DNA of 64,000 nucleotides from a virus (Duplodnaviria > Caudoviricetes). The translations under genes and the position numbers were made by a program. Within the stretch, counting starts at the first letter, position 1, and the number at the start of each line of letters is the position of its first letter. Of this stretch, positions 17,955-31,675 are shown piece by piece. The DNA is taken from positions 64,001-128,000 of the IMG/VR virus record IMGVR_UViG_2706795719_000001; one strand, written 5' to 3'. The notes beneath the pieces were generated by a model that made no database searches, was not told the origin of the DNA, and saw only the letters and a program-made list of their open reading frames with translations.

Positions 17955-18806
17955 ATGCAAGAATATAAAACACTTATTGACACTGGTATTAAAGGAAATT
18001 CTTCAACTGGGGATATTTTATACGACGGTGGCGAAAAACTAAATATCAATATGAACAATATCTATAATACTTTTGGCGATTATAGATTATTTGATGAAAC
18101 ACTTCAAGGCCAAGGAAAACAAAAACTCCATGGAACAGGGTATTATCAAAAACATACAAGAATGTATTATTTAGATACCCCTGAAGGAGTAGAAATGGGG
18201 TCTTTGCATGATGTTGACACTAGTACAGGCAAACTTGATATAAAACTTCCTGCCGCTAAATTGGGCGAAGGAATTGTCATTATCAATAGTAATGGGTCTT
18301 TAAGTAAAGATACACCGGTTATTTTATCTACATTTGGTTCAGATACTATTGCTGGGCATGGTGCTAGATTATCTTTAGAAATGCCAAAAACCAAAACAAC
18401 ACTATGGTGTACACGTCAAGACCAAGGTATAGGCGTATGGGAATATAAAATAGAATCCATGTTTGGTAATCACCAATTGGCCGTTGATTCTGATTTGATG
18501 TTAGACACTACTGAAAAAACTATAGAAATTGGTAACGTAGACCACTATAACACCATAAAATTGCTTCTTCACGGTGTATCCCAAAACCAAAAATCTTTTA
18601 AAAGCTCAGAGATGCTGATTTCTATTTTACATTCTGCCGGAGAAGTATATAAAACAGAATACGCTGTTTTAAAAAATAATGGCGATTTGTTTTCAATAGA
18701 TTTTGTTATAGAATCTGGTATTTTAAAAGCCAAAGTAAAATCATTATCAGGAAACGTAGCTTTTTCTATTAAATCTATTGGAACTATTAAGGTAGGAGCC
18801 GTATGA
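17955..18806 (+). CDS. 9: gp9 baseplate/long tail fibre connector
   Basis: GNSSTGDILYDGGEKLN motif. Confidence 0.95.
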   Translation: MQEYKTLIDTGIKGNSSTGDILYDGGEKLNINMNNIYNTFGDYRLFDETLQGQGKQKLHGTGYYQKHTRMYYLDTPEGVEMGSLHDVDTSTGKLDIKLPAAKLGEGIVIINSNGSLSKDTPVILSTFGSDTIAGHGARLSLEMPKTKTTLWCTRQDQGIGVWEYKIESMFGNHQLAVDSDLMLDTTEKTIEIGNVDHYNTIKLLLHGVSQNQKSFKSSEMLISILHSAGEVYKTEYAVLKNNGDLFSIDFVIESGILKAKVKSLSGNVAFSIKSIGTIKVGAV

Positions 18807-20538
18807 TACAAGTAATTAATATTGGTAATACCGTAGATGACGGAACTGGCGACTATTTACGTAAAGGTGGCCAAAAAACAAATGAAAACTTTAAAGAAAT
18901 ATACCATGAATTAGGTGATGATAAAATATTACATTCCGCCGGTGCTTGGAAAACATATACTGCTAAATCTGGAGCATTAACACCACAATTTGGTCAATCA
19001 TTAGCACTTAATACGTTAGAAGGCCCTATAAATGTAACATTGCCTAAAGGGTCGGTAGAAGATTATAACAAAGTTATTAGAATCCGAGACGTTTGGAATT
19101 CATGGGAAAAATCACCTGTTAATATTATAGCTTCAAAAGGTGATACTATAAAAGGATCTTCGGGTTCTAAGAAATTTGACAAGAACTTAATGGACTTAGA
19201 ATTAGTGTATTGTGCTCCCGGGCGATGGGAATATGTTGAAAATAAACGTGTAGACAGATTAACTAATCCTAATATGTCTACTGTAATTAAACGAAGTATT
19301 ATTGCTAAACAAGGGCAAAAAGATTTTTTAGATATTTTTAATGGTAATCTATATAATACACGAAACTTTGATGTATATCGTCGTGGTAATATTTTATATT
19401 ACGGTGATAATTCTTTTGATAAAGCTAATGCCGATTATGGTTCTCCAGATGGGGCTTCTAATATTAAAGCACTTGATGGCAAAAACGTTAGATTAAAAGA
19501 TGCATGTGAAGCCGGTGATGTAATTACGTTTATTTCATTTTTAGATGGGATTGATTCTTGGAAAAGTTCATATAATAGAAAAACTGTGACATTAGTTGAT
19601 AAAACTTTATCTTCTGAAACAACTATCCCAGGAAGATTAATTTCTGTAGACTTTACAAAATGGCCATTAGAAATTTCGATGAACGACTTCGGATTTTTTG
19701 ATGGAGAATCTGCGAATCCATATGCATTAGAAGTTTTAGTTAATGGGGTTCAATATACTCAATTAAATGATTCAAACACCCAGTCTATGTCTGGTGACTA
19801 TGAATTTAAAATGACAAATGGAAAAATAGAGGCTATTGTATTCCATTCAAGATTAAATCATAACGATAATATAGTTTTACGATGGTTTAATAACGATATA
19901 GGTACAACTCTTCCTATAGAAGAAATAACATCTATAACGGACCAAATGTACGTTGCATCAGAAACACTCAAAGTTTCAAATAGAATAGCATATACTGATA
20001 CAGATAATCCATCTCAAAAAACAAAGTAAAAGTTGACGATGATGGAGATTATAAAGTTAATAATGTATCTAAAATATTTGATTTATTCTATCCAATTGGA
20101 ACTATATATGAAAATGCCCATAATGCTGCTAATCCTGCGACATATATGGGTATAGGTACTTGGGTTAGATACGCTGAAGGTATGACAACTGTCGGTTGGA
20201 ATTCAGATTCAAATGATAAAAGCTTCCATTACAATAATTCTGATTTAAATGCCCAAGGTGTTCCTTCTAAAACTGCCGGTGGTAAAGTTGGTAAAGCTTT
20301 TGTTGCATTAGAAAAGGCTAATCTTCCTGGAACAGAAACAAATGAAGATGTATTAATTAAAGATAAAAATGGAACTATTATCATCGGTGGGTGCCAATTT
20401 GATCCAGATGATGAAGGTCCTGGCTATGACAAATACAGAGAAGATAAAGCAACAACAGGGACTCAATCCGATTTTGGCAGAGAATTTAGTTTAATACAGC
20501 CATCTATAACAACGTATAAATGGATAAGGGTAGCATAA
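18803..20538 (+). CDS. 10: gp10 baseplate wedge/tail pin, interrupted by a -1 frameshift at ~20008-20029
   Basis: INIGNTVDDGTGDYLRKGG N-terminus ends at TAA 20027-20029; the -1 frame continues VKVDDD...FYPIGTIYENAHNAANPATYMG...YKWIRVA. Confidence 0.9.
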
Positions 20539-21158
20539 TGAAAAATAATAATGTATCACATTCATCACCTAATTCTAGTGAAATTTACTATTCTGTAGGT
20601 AATGATACTTTATCTGGTAATAGGGTTCCATTAGGAACCCAAGATACAAGACAATCAAGTTTAAATGTATATCAACCTAATGTGCAGGCAGCTCTAGATG
20701 ACTTTAAGGGAGCTTTTTTACCATTAAATGCATTAATCTACAACACAGATGGTGAAAACCCACAGGGCGCATCTCAAGTGGATTTTGTAGATTTTAGTGG
20801 AACCGTTGAAGGAACAGGCCCTGTTATAGTTCAAATATTTGGTATTCCATTACAAGTTACTGGCGGAAATACTGCATCTGAAGTTAGAGAAGCATTTGAA
20901 AATCTAGCCCAAGACCTAGTAGCTAAGAATCAATATTTTTCTTTTGTCCAAAAAGAATCCGAAACAAGATTAACAGTAAAGTATATTGATTATAGAGACC
21001 ACGATGCTATAAATACATATAGTAATGGTATTAATATATCAACAGAAATTCAATCACCTGCAAAATATGGATATGGGACATGGGTTAAATTAGGGGTTAA
21101 AAACGAAACCTTAGGAGATACAGAATTACCAGTCTACGTATTCAAAAGGATAGCATGA
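20538..21158 (+). CDS. 11: gp11 baseplate wedge/tail pin
   Basis: QPNVQAAL, GYGTW...YVFKRIA; synteny. Confidence 0.9.
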   Translation: MKNNNVSHSSPNSSEIYYSVGNDTLSGNRVPLGTQDTRQSSLNVYQPNVQAALDDFKGAFLPLNALIYNTDGENPQGASQVDFVDFSGTVEGTGPVIVQIFGIPLQVTGGNTASEVREAFENLAQDLVAKNQYFSFVQKESETRLTVKYIDYRDHDAINTYSNGINISTEIQSPAKYGYGTWVKLGVKNETLGDTELPVYVFKRIA

Positions 21159-22501
21159 TGCAAAATACATATAAACATATAAGTGACAGCTCATCATTTG
21201 TCACATTTAATCCAGTAGGAACCCAATGGGACCAATCAATTAAAGATGTTCAAACAGCTTTATCAAAGATTGGTTCTTGGGCTATGATAGGTAAGGGATT
21301 ACCTATTTCAACAGAAACATTAAATGGTATAATTAGAACCGCCACTAGAGATGAAGTTTTAAAAGGCCAAGGTTCAGGTGCAGTAACTCCGAAATATTTA
21401 GAAGAACGACTGGCTCATCCACAAGCAACTGAAACTGTTTTAGGATTAACAAAATATGCTAATAATTCTGAAACGCTAGCTGGAACCCTTAATAATAAGG
21501 CTGTTGTTCCAACTGGGTTAAAACATACTTTAGATTCCAGAACTTCAACTGAAGGAAGAACAGGTTTAATTAAAATTTCTTCTTTATCAGCCGCAGCACA
21601 AGGTGTTGATGACACAACGGCAATGACCCCTAAAAAAGTCAAACATGCAATTAATCAATTATCGCCGTCTTATGGCATAGCAACAGAAAAAAATAGTGGA
21701 ACTGTTAATATTGCTTCTTTAGGCCAAGTTGCTCAAGGACAAGCACATGATGGTATAGCTGTTTCTCCAAAAGGATTTATTTCTACTAGAGCTTCTGAAT
21801 CTCAAATTGGTACAACAAAAATAGCCACAGTGGCCCAAACAAAGGCCTTGTCTGATGCATCATTAGTGGTTTCTCCTAAAAACTTAGGACAATTAAAGGC
21901 ATCAGAGTCTGAATTTGGATTAGTTAAAACTACAACAACTATTGGTAATACAGGGGCTAATTTAGCATTAAGTCCAATGGCCCCAGTTGTTCCTACATCT
22001 AGGACAATAAACAACAAACCATTAACAGGGAATATTGTTTTAAATTCTGATGACGTTGGATCATATTCTAAATCTCAAGTATGGACTAAATCAGAATCAG
22101 ATGAGAGATATATGCCTAAAACAGATATTCCAAAACAGTCATTTTATACTTATTTTGATGCTTGGCAGTTAGAAGGCCACTATCCTATAGGCCGTGGTGG
22201 GTATTGGGCTGAATTAGGTAAAACACGATTACCTTTTGGTGAATATACACGTTTACAATTTAATATGACCATTAATAACACTAGGGATTTAAGACCTTTT
22301 GTAATGAAAATATATAAAAATGATGAAGTAATTAAAGAATATTCAAGATTCGTTGGATATCCAAATAATTACAGTTTTACAGATAGATTATTAATTAATG
22401 GCAAATTTAAAGCTGGGGATGTTATTAGGGCCGAAGCCACAGCCAATGGTGGTCCTAATTATTCGTATAATTTTAAAACATGGTACCTATTATTCACATA
22501 A
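21155..22501 (+). CDS. 12: gp12 short tail fibre with non-T4 C-terminus
   Basis: NTYKHISD start, ATETxxG repeats, GVDDTTAMTPKK. Confidence 0.92.
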   Translation: MMQNTYKHISDSSSFVTFNPVGTQWDQSIKDVQTALSKIGSWAMIGKGLPISTETLNGIIRTATRDEVLKGQGSGAVTPKYLEERLAHPQATETVLGLTKYANNSETLAGTLNNKAVVPTGLKHTLDSRTSTEGRTGLIKISSLSAAAQGVDDTTAMTPKKVKHAINQLSPSYGIATEKNSGTVNIASLGQVAQGQAHDGIAVSPKGFISTRASESQIGTTKIATVAQTKALSDASLVVSPKNLGQLKASESEFGLVKTTTTIGNTGANLALSPMAPVVPTSRTINNKPLTGNIVLNSDDVGSYSKSQVWTKSESDERYMPKTDIPKQSFYTYFDAWQLEGHYPIGRGGYWAELGKTRLPFGEYTRLQFNMTINNTRDLRPFVMKIYKNDEVIKEYSRFVGYPNNYSFTDRLLINGKFKAGDVIRAEATANGGPNYSYNFKTWYLLFT

Positions 22502-22510
22502 GGAAATAGA

Positions 22511-24247
22511 ATGGATAAAATAGAATTACTTCCACTGCCATTTGTTGACGGCCCAATTAAAGACCAAACACAGATAGAATGGATTTTAAACAAAAAAGAA
22601 TGTTTAACCGGTGCATCTAAATACGGTAAATCTGACGGGGTCCTTAACAGGGTCCCAGCTCAATTATATGAAAATATAAAAACTCTCCATGAAAACGATA
22701 CATTAATTAATGGACAAGTAAATGAATTAATCGATTCTGTTGACACTATTAATGAATCGTTAGAAATAGGAAATAATAAAGACTTAATAAAAACTATAAT
22801 AGAAACTAAAGATCGTGCTGATATTTTTGAAAGCGTTATACAAAGTAATTCTGACGATATATTTGAATTAGATGAAGATATTAAAGAATTGAAAGACGAA
22901 GTTGGAGTTCATAATCCAGTTGATACAGTAAAAAGAACCCTTCGTGATGATACGCTTTGGATTAAAAAAGAAATAGGTTCTTACCCTGGCCAAGACATAA
23001 ATGGTCAAACTTCGCAAGAATCTTTAGGTAGTGGCATGAAACGTCGTATTATAGATGTTGCTACACAAACCGTAGATAATACAAAAAGAATAGGTGTCCT
23101 AGAAAAAACATGGGCTGATTCCGATGTTGGTAGTTTAACCATAGAAGTTGGTAAATTAAGAGAAGAACTTGGAAAATCATCAGATCAAGAATATTTGTCT
23201 GTTTACAAAAGACTTTCTGTTATAGAGGACAATGTCGACAAAGGGTCTGAAGTTATAAGCGATATTATGACTAAAATAGGCCCAGGCAATGTATCTGAAA
23301 CCGTATCTATTAATACTCAAGAAATATCAAAATTGAACGAAGAAGTTCTAGGGACATCTGGATTAAAAACGAGAGTTTCTAGAATTGAATCTAAATTAGG
23401 CGACGAAACTAGCCCATTTACTATTTTATATGATATTAGTAAAAATAAAGAAGGGCTAAAAGACCTAAATACTATTGTTGGTGCCGATACAAGTTCAGGA
23501 TTACGTGGACAAGTTACATGGATCCAATCCCAAGTTGGATTAGGAGATGAACCACCTGCACCTGGTACAGTATTATCTAAAATAGATTTGTTGACTAACA
23601 GTACTAATGAACTTAGTATCGATGTTCAAAATTTACAGTCAGAGATAGGTAATAATAAAACCGGTATAAAAGGAACTGTTATTCAATTAGTCAAAGCTAT
23701 TGAAGGTACAGACCCTGAAGGATCGACTGTAAAAGAAATAGGTATCCAAAAAGCAACCGAAGACATGTATGAAGTATATGACAAAGGAATGCCTCTTCCA
23801 CCAGAAGATGGTAAAGCTTACATTTGTAGATATAAAACATGGACACCTATTCCAACTTCTTTGGGTGTATTTACGGCGAAGTATGCCAAAGCCTTAGAAG
23901 AAGGGTTAAATGATGTTGATATATCAGAAACTCTAATTAGTAAATTGTGTGAACTTACAGATGGTAAAGTATCAGTATTTGATAGTGGTCATTATGAAAT
24001 AGATTTTGAATCTCTTATTCCAAAAGAATTTAAAGATCGAAAAATAAAGTTTAGTATTTTTAAAAATGATGAAGTATTTTTTGAGACAAGCGATTTAATA
24101 TCAACAAATAATTCTAATGTTTTTAAAGAATCAACTATAGTTGAAATATCAGAAAATGATCAAATCCATGTAAAAGTGGAATCAACAGACTCTGATTTTT
24201 CTGAGATATCTTTTGGTATTAAATTACAAATTAAACCATTAATATAA
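22511..24247 (+). CDS. wac: fibritin with C-terminal extension
   Basis: LPFVDG N-terminus, segmented coiled coil, foldon-like PPEDGKAYICRYKTW followed by >120 extra aa. Confidence 0.92.
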   Translation: MDKIELLPLPFVDGPIKDQTQIEWILNKKECLTGASKYGKSDGVLNRVPAQLYENIKTLHENDTLINGQVNELIDSVDTINESLEIGNNKDLIKTIIETKDRADIFESVIQSNSDDIFELDEDIKELKDEVGVHNPVDTVKRTLRDDTLWIKKEIGSYPGQDINGQTSQESLGSGMKRRIIDVATQTVDNTKRIGVLEKTWADSDVGSLTIEVGKLREELGKSSDQEYLSVYKRLSVIEDNVDKGSEVISDIMTKIGPGNVSETVSINTQEISKLNEEVLGTSGLKTRVSRIESKLGDETSPFTILYDISKNKEGLKDLNTIVGADTSSGLRGQVTWIQSQVGLGDEPPAPGTVLSKIDLLTNSTNELSIDVQNLQSEIGNNKTGIKGTVIQLVKAIEGTDPEGSTVKEIGIQKATEDMYEVYDKGMPLPPEDGKAYICRYKTWTPIPTSLGVFTAKYAKALEEGLNDVDISETLISKLCELTDGKVSVFDSGHYEIDFESLIPKEFKDRKIKFSIFKNDEVFFETSDLISTNNSNVFKESTIVEISENDQIHVKVESTDSDFSEISFGIKLQIKPLI

Positions 24248-24250
24248 TTT

Positions 24251-24273
24251 AAGGACCTTCGGGTCCTTTTTTT
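24251..24273 (+). terminator. Rho-independent terminator
   Basis: GGACC-TTCG-GGTCC + T7. Confidence 0.85.
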
Positions 24274-24283
24274 GGTAGTAAAC

Positions 24284-25210
24284 ATGGCAGGATATAATGC
24301 GTATAACCCTAAAGAATTAAAAGATGTTATTTTAAGAAGATTAGGTGCACCTATTATTAATATAGAAGTAACAGAAGACCAGATTTATGATTGTATTCAA
24401 AGAGCCTTAGAACTTTATGGCGAATATCATTTTGATGGCCTTAATAAAACATACCAAACATTTTACGTTGGAGAAGACGAAACCTATACAAATGGTGTCT
24501 TTGATTTACACCCATCAGTTTTTGCTGTAACACAAATAGTTAGAACTAATGTAGGTTCAATTACATCTATGGATGGCAATGCAACATATCCGTGGTTTAC
24601 AGATTTTTTAATGGGTATGGCTGGTATTAATGGTGGCATGGGCTCTTCTTGTAATAAGTTTTATGGACCAAACGCATTTGGTGCTGATTTAGGATATTTT
24701 ACCCAATTAATGCAATATAGAAGCATGATGCAAGATATGTTGACCCCACTACCAGATTATTGGCAGAATTCAGATACCAATCAACTTAAAGTGATGGGTA
24801 ATTTTAAGCCCGGAGATATTATAATTTGTGAAGTTTACGTTAAATCATATATAGATGTTCCTGATAATATGGGCGCCACTTCTGGTTATGCCTGGGCTGG
24901 CGGATGTGAAGAAGAATCAAGTGTTTCTGATATATATGATAACCCATATAAAAAATTAACAGGCTATGTTGCTGGAGATGATTCTCAAGTCCATCAAGGT
25001 TCTTATAATAATAGATGGGTAAAAGATTATTCTACTACTTTAGTTAAAGAACTAAACGGACAAATTTTGGCTAAACATCAAGGAATGCAATTAGCAGGTG
25101 GTGTTACTGTAGACGGGATTAGATTAATAGAAGAAGCAAGAGAAGAAAAAAGAATTCTAAGAGAAGAATTAGAATTATTAGACGGGCCAGTAGGAATATT
25201 AATAGGATAA
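24284..25210 (+). CDS. 13: gp13 neck protein
   Basis: [23 protein letters not shown]. Confidence 0.96.
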   Translation: MAGYNAYNPKELKDVILRRLGAPIINIEVTEDQIYDCIQRALELYGEYHFDGLNKTYQTFYVGEDETYTNGVFDLHPSVFAVTQIVRTNVGSITSMDGNATYPWFTDFLMGMAGINGGMGSSCNKFYGPNAFGADLGYFTQLMQYRSMMQDMLTPLPDYWQNSDTNQLKVMGNFKPGDIIICEVYVKSYIDVPDNMGATSGYAWAGGCEEESSVSDIYDNPYKKLTGYVAGDDSQVHQGSYNNRWVKDYSTTLVKELNGQILAKHQGMQLAGGVTVDGIRLIEEAREEKRILREELELLDGPVGILIG

Positions 25211-25213
25211 CTT

Positions 25214-25957
25214 ATGTATGATAGCAGCTTATTTGCAAAATTAGAATCAAATGAAGGGTATCATAAAACAAATGAAACACAGATCCTCAATCCTTATGTT
25301 AACTTCATGAAACACGGTAATACCCAAGAACTTGCTGACGTTTTAGTTCAAGAAACAATACAAATGAGAGGGCTCGAATTATATTACATTCCAAGAGAAT
25401 ATGCAAATCTAGACCTTTTATTTGGCGAAGACCCAAATTCTAAATTCACAAAAGCTTGGAAATTTGCAGCATATTTAGATTCTTTTGAAGGTTATTCTGG
25501 TGATAATTCTTTTATATCTTCATTTGGGTATCAAGTTAATGACCAAGTAAAATTCATCATTAATCCATCTTTGTTTAAACATCAGGTTAATGGTAAAGAA
25601 CCTATTGAAGGTGACTTAATTTATTTTCCAATGGATAATTCGTTATTTGAAATAAATTGGGTAGAACCATATACTCCATTTTATCAAGTTGGTAAAAATG
25701 CTCAAAGACAGATTGTTGCAGAGAAATTTATTTATTCGGGTGAAGAGCTTAACCCAGAACTTCAAAAAAACCAAGGAATAGAAATAGACGAATTTAGCGT
25801 ATTAGATTTAGAACCCGTTAAGAATTTAGATGGTCTGGCTGATATAACATCTGATGAATATTCTGAAGTTAAACAAATTAATAAAGAAGCTAAAGAATTT
25901 GTACAACCATATTATGTTGGAAATGGACGTGGAACCCCTTTTGAAGACTTTGAATAA
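25214..25957 (+). CDS. 14: gp14 neck protein
   Basis: DLLFGED...[21 protein letters not shown]. Confidence 0.96.
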   Translation: MYDSSLFAKLESNEGYHKTNETQILNPYVNFMKHGNTQELADVLVQETIQMRGLELYYIPREYANLDLLFGEDPNSKFTKAWKFAAYLDSFEGYSGDNSFISSFGYQVNDQVKFIINPSLFKHQVNGKEPIEGDLIYFPMDNSLFEINWVEPYTPFYQVGKNAQRQIVAEKFIYSGEELNPELQKNQGIEIDEFSVLDLEPVKNLDGLADITSDEYSEVKQINKEAKEFVQPYYVGNGRGTPFEDFE

Positions 25958-25979
25958 ATAATAATAAAGAGAGGTTAAA

Positions 25980-26813
25980 ATGTTTGGACATTGGTATAAC
26001 AGTTCATTAAGAAGATATATAGTATTAATGGGAGATTTGTTCTCCCATATTTCTGTTGCTAGAATGAGAGACAACAAAGTAAATTATATTAAAGTTCCTA
26101 TTACATATAAATCAAAAGAACGGTTTGTCCAAGTATTGAATAAATACACGAATCCTTCTTCTCAAGAAAATATCGCTAAAGTAGAAACAGTTCTACCACG
26201 CATGAATTTAAATCTTGTAGATATGATGTACAACTCAGGATATAAGACATCCCAGGCAAATAGAACCATGTCTAGAGACAATGGAATAAGGACATATTCA
26301 CAATATGCCCCTACGGCTTTTAAAATGATTTTTGAATTAGGGATATATACAAGAAATCAAGATGATATGTTCCAAATAGTGGAACAAATTCTCCCTTATT
26401 TTCAACCGCATTTCAACACCACAATAACTGAAATGCATACTAACCCTATTAAACAATTTGATAGAGATATAAGAATTGCATTCCAGAGTGTAGCTATAGA
26501 TGAAACACCTGATGGGGATGTTAATACAAGAAGACATATAGAATGGTCTATTATGTTTGAAGTTAATGGATGGATTTATCCACCAGTTGCAGATATTAAA
26601 GGAGAAATTAAGACGGTATATGTTAATTTCTTTAATGAGAAAGTTGAATTAACCCCTGAAGGTGAATTTGAAGACTTAGAAGAATTTGAATCTGTCGATC
26701 ACCAGGTTGTCCCTAAAGACGTCCAGGAAGCGGATTGGGATGGAGAAAGTATTACTACATATTCTAGAAATAAACCCATTCCTGTTGATCCTGATGCACC
26801 TAAACCGAGGTAA
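25980..26813 (+). CDS. 15: gp15 tail sheath terminator
   Basis: [34 protein letters not shown]. Confidence 0.96.
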   Translation: MFGHWYNSSLRRYIVLMGDLFSHISVARMRDNKVNYIKVPITYKSKERFVQVLNKYTNPSSQENIAKVETVLPRMNLNLVDMMYNSGYKTSQANRTMSRDNGIRTYSQYAPTAFKMIFELGIYTRNQDDMFQIVEQILPYFQPHFNTTITEMHTNPIKQFDRDIRIAFQSVAIDETPDGDVNTRRHIEWSIMFEVNGWIYPPVADIKGEIKTVYVNFFNEKVELTPEGEFEDLEEFESVDHQVVPKDVQEADWDGESITTYSRNKPIPVDPDAPKPR

Positions 26814-26815
26814 TT

Positions 26816-29066
<2,251 letters not shown>

Positions 29067-29095
29067 TAAATAATATAAACAAATGAGGATAAATT

Positions 29096-31090
29096 ATGTC
29101 ATCTACATTACTTTCACCTGGAGTTGAATCTAGGGAAACTAGCGTACAATCTACGATTGTTAGAAACGCTACAGGAAGAGCGGCTCTTGCAGGTAAATTT
29201 GCATGGGGTCCGGCATTCCAAGTTGTACAAATTACAAATGAAGTCGAATTAGTAGACACTTTTGGTGGACCAAATAACGACACTGCTGATTATTTTATCA
29301 GTGCAATGAACTTTTTACAATACGGTAACGATTTACGTATTGTTCGAGCTGTTGATAAAGAAAATGCTAAAAATGCATCTCCTTTATTTGGACAAATTAA
29401 ATCTAAAATCGTTTCAGGTGGTTCTAACTATACTGTTGGTGATAAAGTTGTTGTAAAATATAACAATAAAATCATTGAAGAAGACGGTATTGTTACACAA
29501 GTTGCTAGTGATACTAAAAAAATTGAGAAGATTTTTATTCCATCAGCTAAAATTATTGCACATTCAAAAGCAATTGGCACATACCCACAATTAGGTGCAG
29601 GATGGACCGCCGAAGTTTCAAAAAGTACTTCTGGTGTTGCAGGTTCAATCACTTTAGATTCTATTATTGTTGATTCAGGTATTTTACTAACAGAATCTGA
29701 TTCTGCAAATAGTATTATTACTTCTGAAGAATATATGGAACAAATTAAAGCTTATTCATTACCTGCTATTGCCGCTATATACCCCGGTGAACGCGGTTCT
29801 AATATAGAAGTAGAGATTATTTCTAAAGAATCTTATGAAAAGAACACAACTTTAAATCAATACCCAGAAGGTGGCGAAAAACAAACTTCTGGTCCTTTAG
29901 TATTTCAATACGGGCCACAAAACGAAGACCAATACGGGATTATTGTCCGTGTTGATGGTGTTATCCAAGAATCAATGATTCTAAGCGTTAAACGTGGCGA
30001 TAAAGATGTTTATGGTTCTAATATCTTTATGGATGATTATTTCTCTAAAGGTTCAAGTAAATTCATTTACGCAAGTTCAATGAATTGGCCTAAAGGTTTT
30101 TCTGGATTTATTAAATTAGGTGGAGGCGTATCATCTAATAAAACGGTTTCTGCTGGTGATTTAATGCAAGCATGGGACCATTTTGCTGATCGTGAATCAT
30201 TACATGTTAATTTGCTGATTGCTGGGTCTTGTGCTGGTGAATCTGAAGAAATAGCTTCAACTGTTCAGAAACATGTTATTTCTATTGCAGATGAACGTCA
30301 AGATTGTTTAGCTTTAGTGTCGCCACCAAGAGAGTTAGTAGTTAACGTTCCTTTGGCCAAAGCTGTTTCTAATATAACATCATGGAGAAAAGGCAGAAAT
30401 TCTTCAGGCGAAGCCCTGGACAACAATATGAACGTTAATAGCACATATTTTGAGATTGACGGTAATTATAAATATCAATATGACAAGTATAATGATGTTA
30501 ATAGATGGGTCCCATTAGCAGCAGATATCGCTGGTCTGTGTGCAAGAACAGATTCTGTAGCACAACCATGGGCTTCACCAGCTGGATATAATCGTGGTCA
30601 AATCATGAATTGTATCAAACTTGCTATTGAGCCAAGACAATCTCATCGTGATGAATTATACCAATTAGGAATCAACCCTGTTGCAGGTTTTGCAGGTGGT
30701 GATGGATTTATTTTATTTGGTGATAAGACTGGAGCGTTATCTCCAACACCTTTTGATCATATTAACGTTCGTCGATTGTTTAATATGCTCAAGAAAAATA
30801 TTGGAGATTCTGCTAAATACAAGTTATTTGAAATAAACGATGACTTTACTCGTAAATCATTTAGAATGGAAGTTTCCCAGTATCTAAGTGGATTAAAATC
30901 TCTTGGTGCAATGTATGATTTCCGAGTTGTTTGTGATACTACAAATAATACACCTGCAGTAATCGATAGGGGTGAATTTGTAGCTTCTATATACATTAAA
31001 CCGGCAAGATCGATAAATTATATCACATTAAACTTCATTGCTACTAATACTGGCGCTGATTTTGATGAATTAATTGGACCTCAACAATAA
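29096..31090 (+). CDS. 18: gp18 tail sheath
   Basis: LLSPGVESRE, INVRRLF, PARSINYITLNF. Confidence 0.98.
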   Translation: MSSTLLSPGVESRETSVQSTIVRNATGRAALAGKFAWGPAFQVVQITNEVELVDTFGGPNNDTADYFISAMNFLQYGNDLRIVRAVDKENAKNASPLFGQIKSKIVSGGSNYTVGDKVVVKYNNKIIEEDGIVTQVASDTKKIEKIFIPSAKIIAHSKAIGTYPQLGAGWTAEVSKSTSGVAGSITLDSIIVDSGILLTESDSANSIITSEEYMEQIKAYSLPAIAAIYPGERGSNIEVEIISKESYEKNTTLNQYPEGGEKQTSGPLVFQYGPQNEDQYGIIVRVDGVIQESMILSVKRGDKDVYGSNIFMDDYFSKGSSKFIYASSMNWPKGFSGFIKLGGGVSSNKTVSAGDLMQAWDHFADRESLHVNLLIAGSCAGESEEIASTVQKHVISIADERQDCLALVSPPRELVVNVPLAKAVSNITSWRKGRNSSGEALDNNMNVNSTYFEIDGNYKYQYDKYNDVNRWVPLAADIAGLCARTDSVAQPWASPAGYNRGQIMNCIKLAIEPRQSHRDELYQLGINPVAGFAGGDGFILFGDKTGALSPTPFDHINVRRLFNMLKKNIGDSAKYKLFEINDDFTRKSFRMEVSQYLSGLKSLGAMYDFRVVCDTTNNTPAVIDRGEFVASIYIKPARSINYITLNFIATNTGADFDELIGPQQ

Positions 31091-31126
31091 TAAAGGCCGA
31101 AAGGCCTTTAATAAAAGGATTAAACA

Positions 31127-31618
31127 ATGAATCTTACAGATTTAACACGTGCCTTTGAATCAGGAGATTTCGCCCGTCCAAACTTGTTCGAGGTCGAAAT
31201 TCCTTTCTTAGGAAATAACTTTAAACTTAAATGTAAAGCCGCTACAATGCCACCAAGTATTGTAGAAAAAATTCCTGTTGGATATATGAACCGTAAATTA
31301 AACATTGCAGGTGATCGTACTTACGATGACTGGACTATTACGGTTTATAACGATGATGCACATTCAACAAGACAAAAATTGTTAGATTGGTCACATATGA
31401 CCCATGGACGTGGTGATGAGATTTCAGGCTCTTCACCTGCAGAATATAAGAAAACCGCATTGGTTCGTCAATTCCATCGTAACGGTAAAGATGTTACACA
31501 TGAAGAAACTGTTCAAGGAATTTGGCCTACTAACGTTGGTGAAGTCCAATTAGATTGGGATTCAAATAACGAAGTTGAAACATTTGAAGTAACATTCTCT
31601 GTTGACTGGACCGAATAA
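31127..31618 (+). CDS. 19: gp19 tail tube
   Basis: RAFESGDFARPNLFEVEI, AGDRTYDDW. Confidence 0.98.
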   Translation: MNLTDLTRAFESGDFARPNLFEVEIPFLGNNFKLKCKAATMPPSIVEKIPVGYMNRKLNIAGDRTYDDWTITVYNDDAHSTRQKLLDWSHMTHGRGDEISGSSPAEYKKTALVRQFHRNGKDVTHEETVQGIWPTNVGEVQLDWDSNNEVETFEVTFSVDWTE

Positions 31619-31675
31619 TAACGGGCCTACGGGCCCTTATTAATGGATATAAATATTAGTAACAATGGAGATATT

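Noticed and set aside
20027-20029. Stop-codon readthrough or recoded genetic code in gene 10
   Set aside because: The conserved continuation is in the -1 frame, not in frame, and all other genes use standard stops
20029-20146. Intron or intein in gene 10
   Set aside because: The gap translates directly into conserved gp10 sequence, so there is no inserted segment
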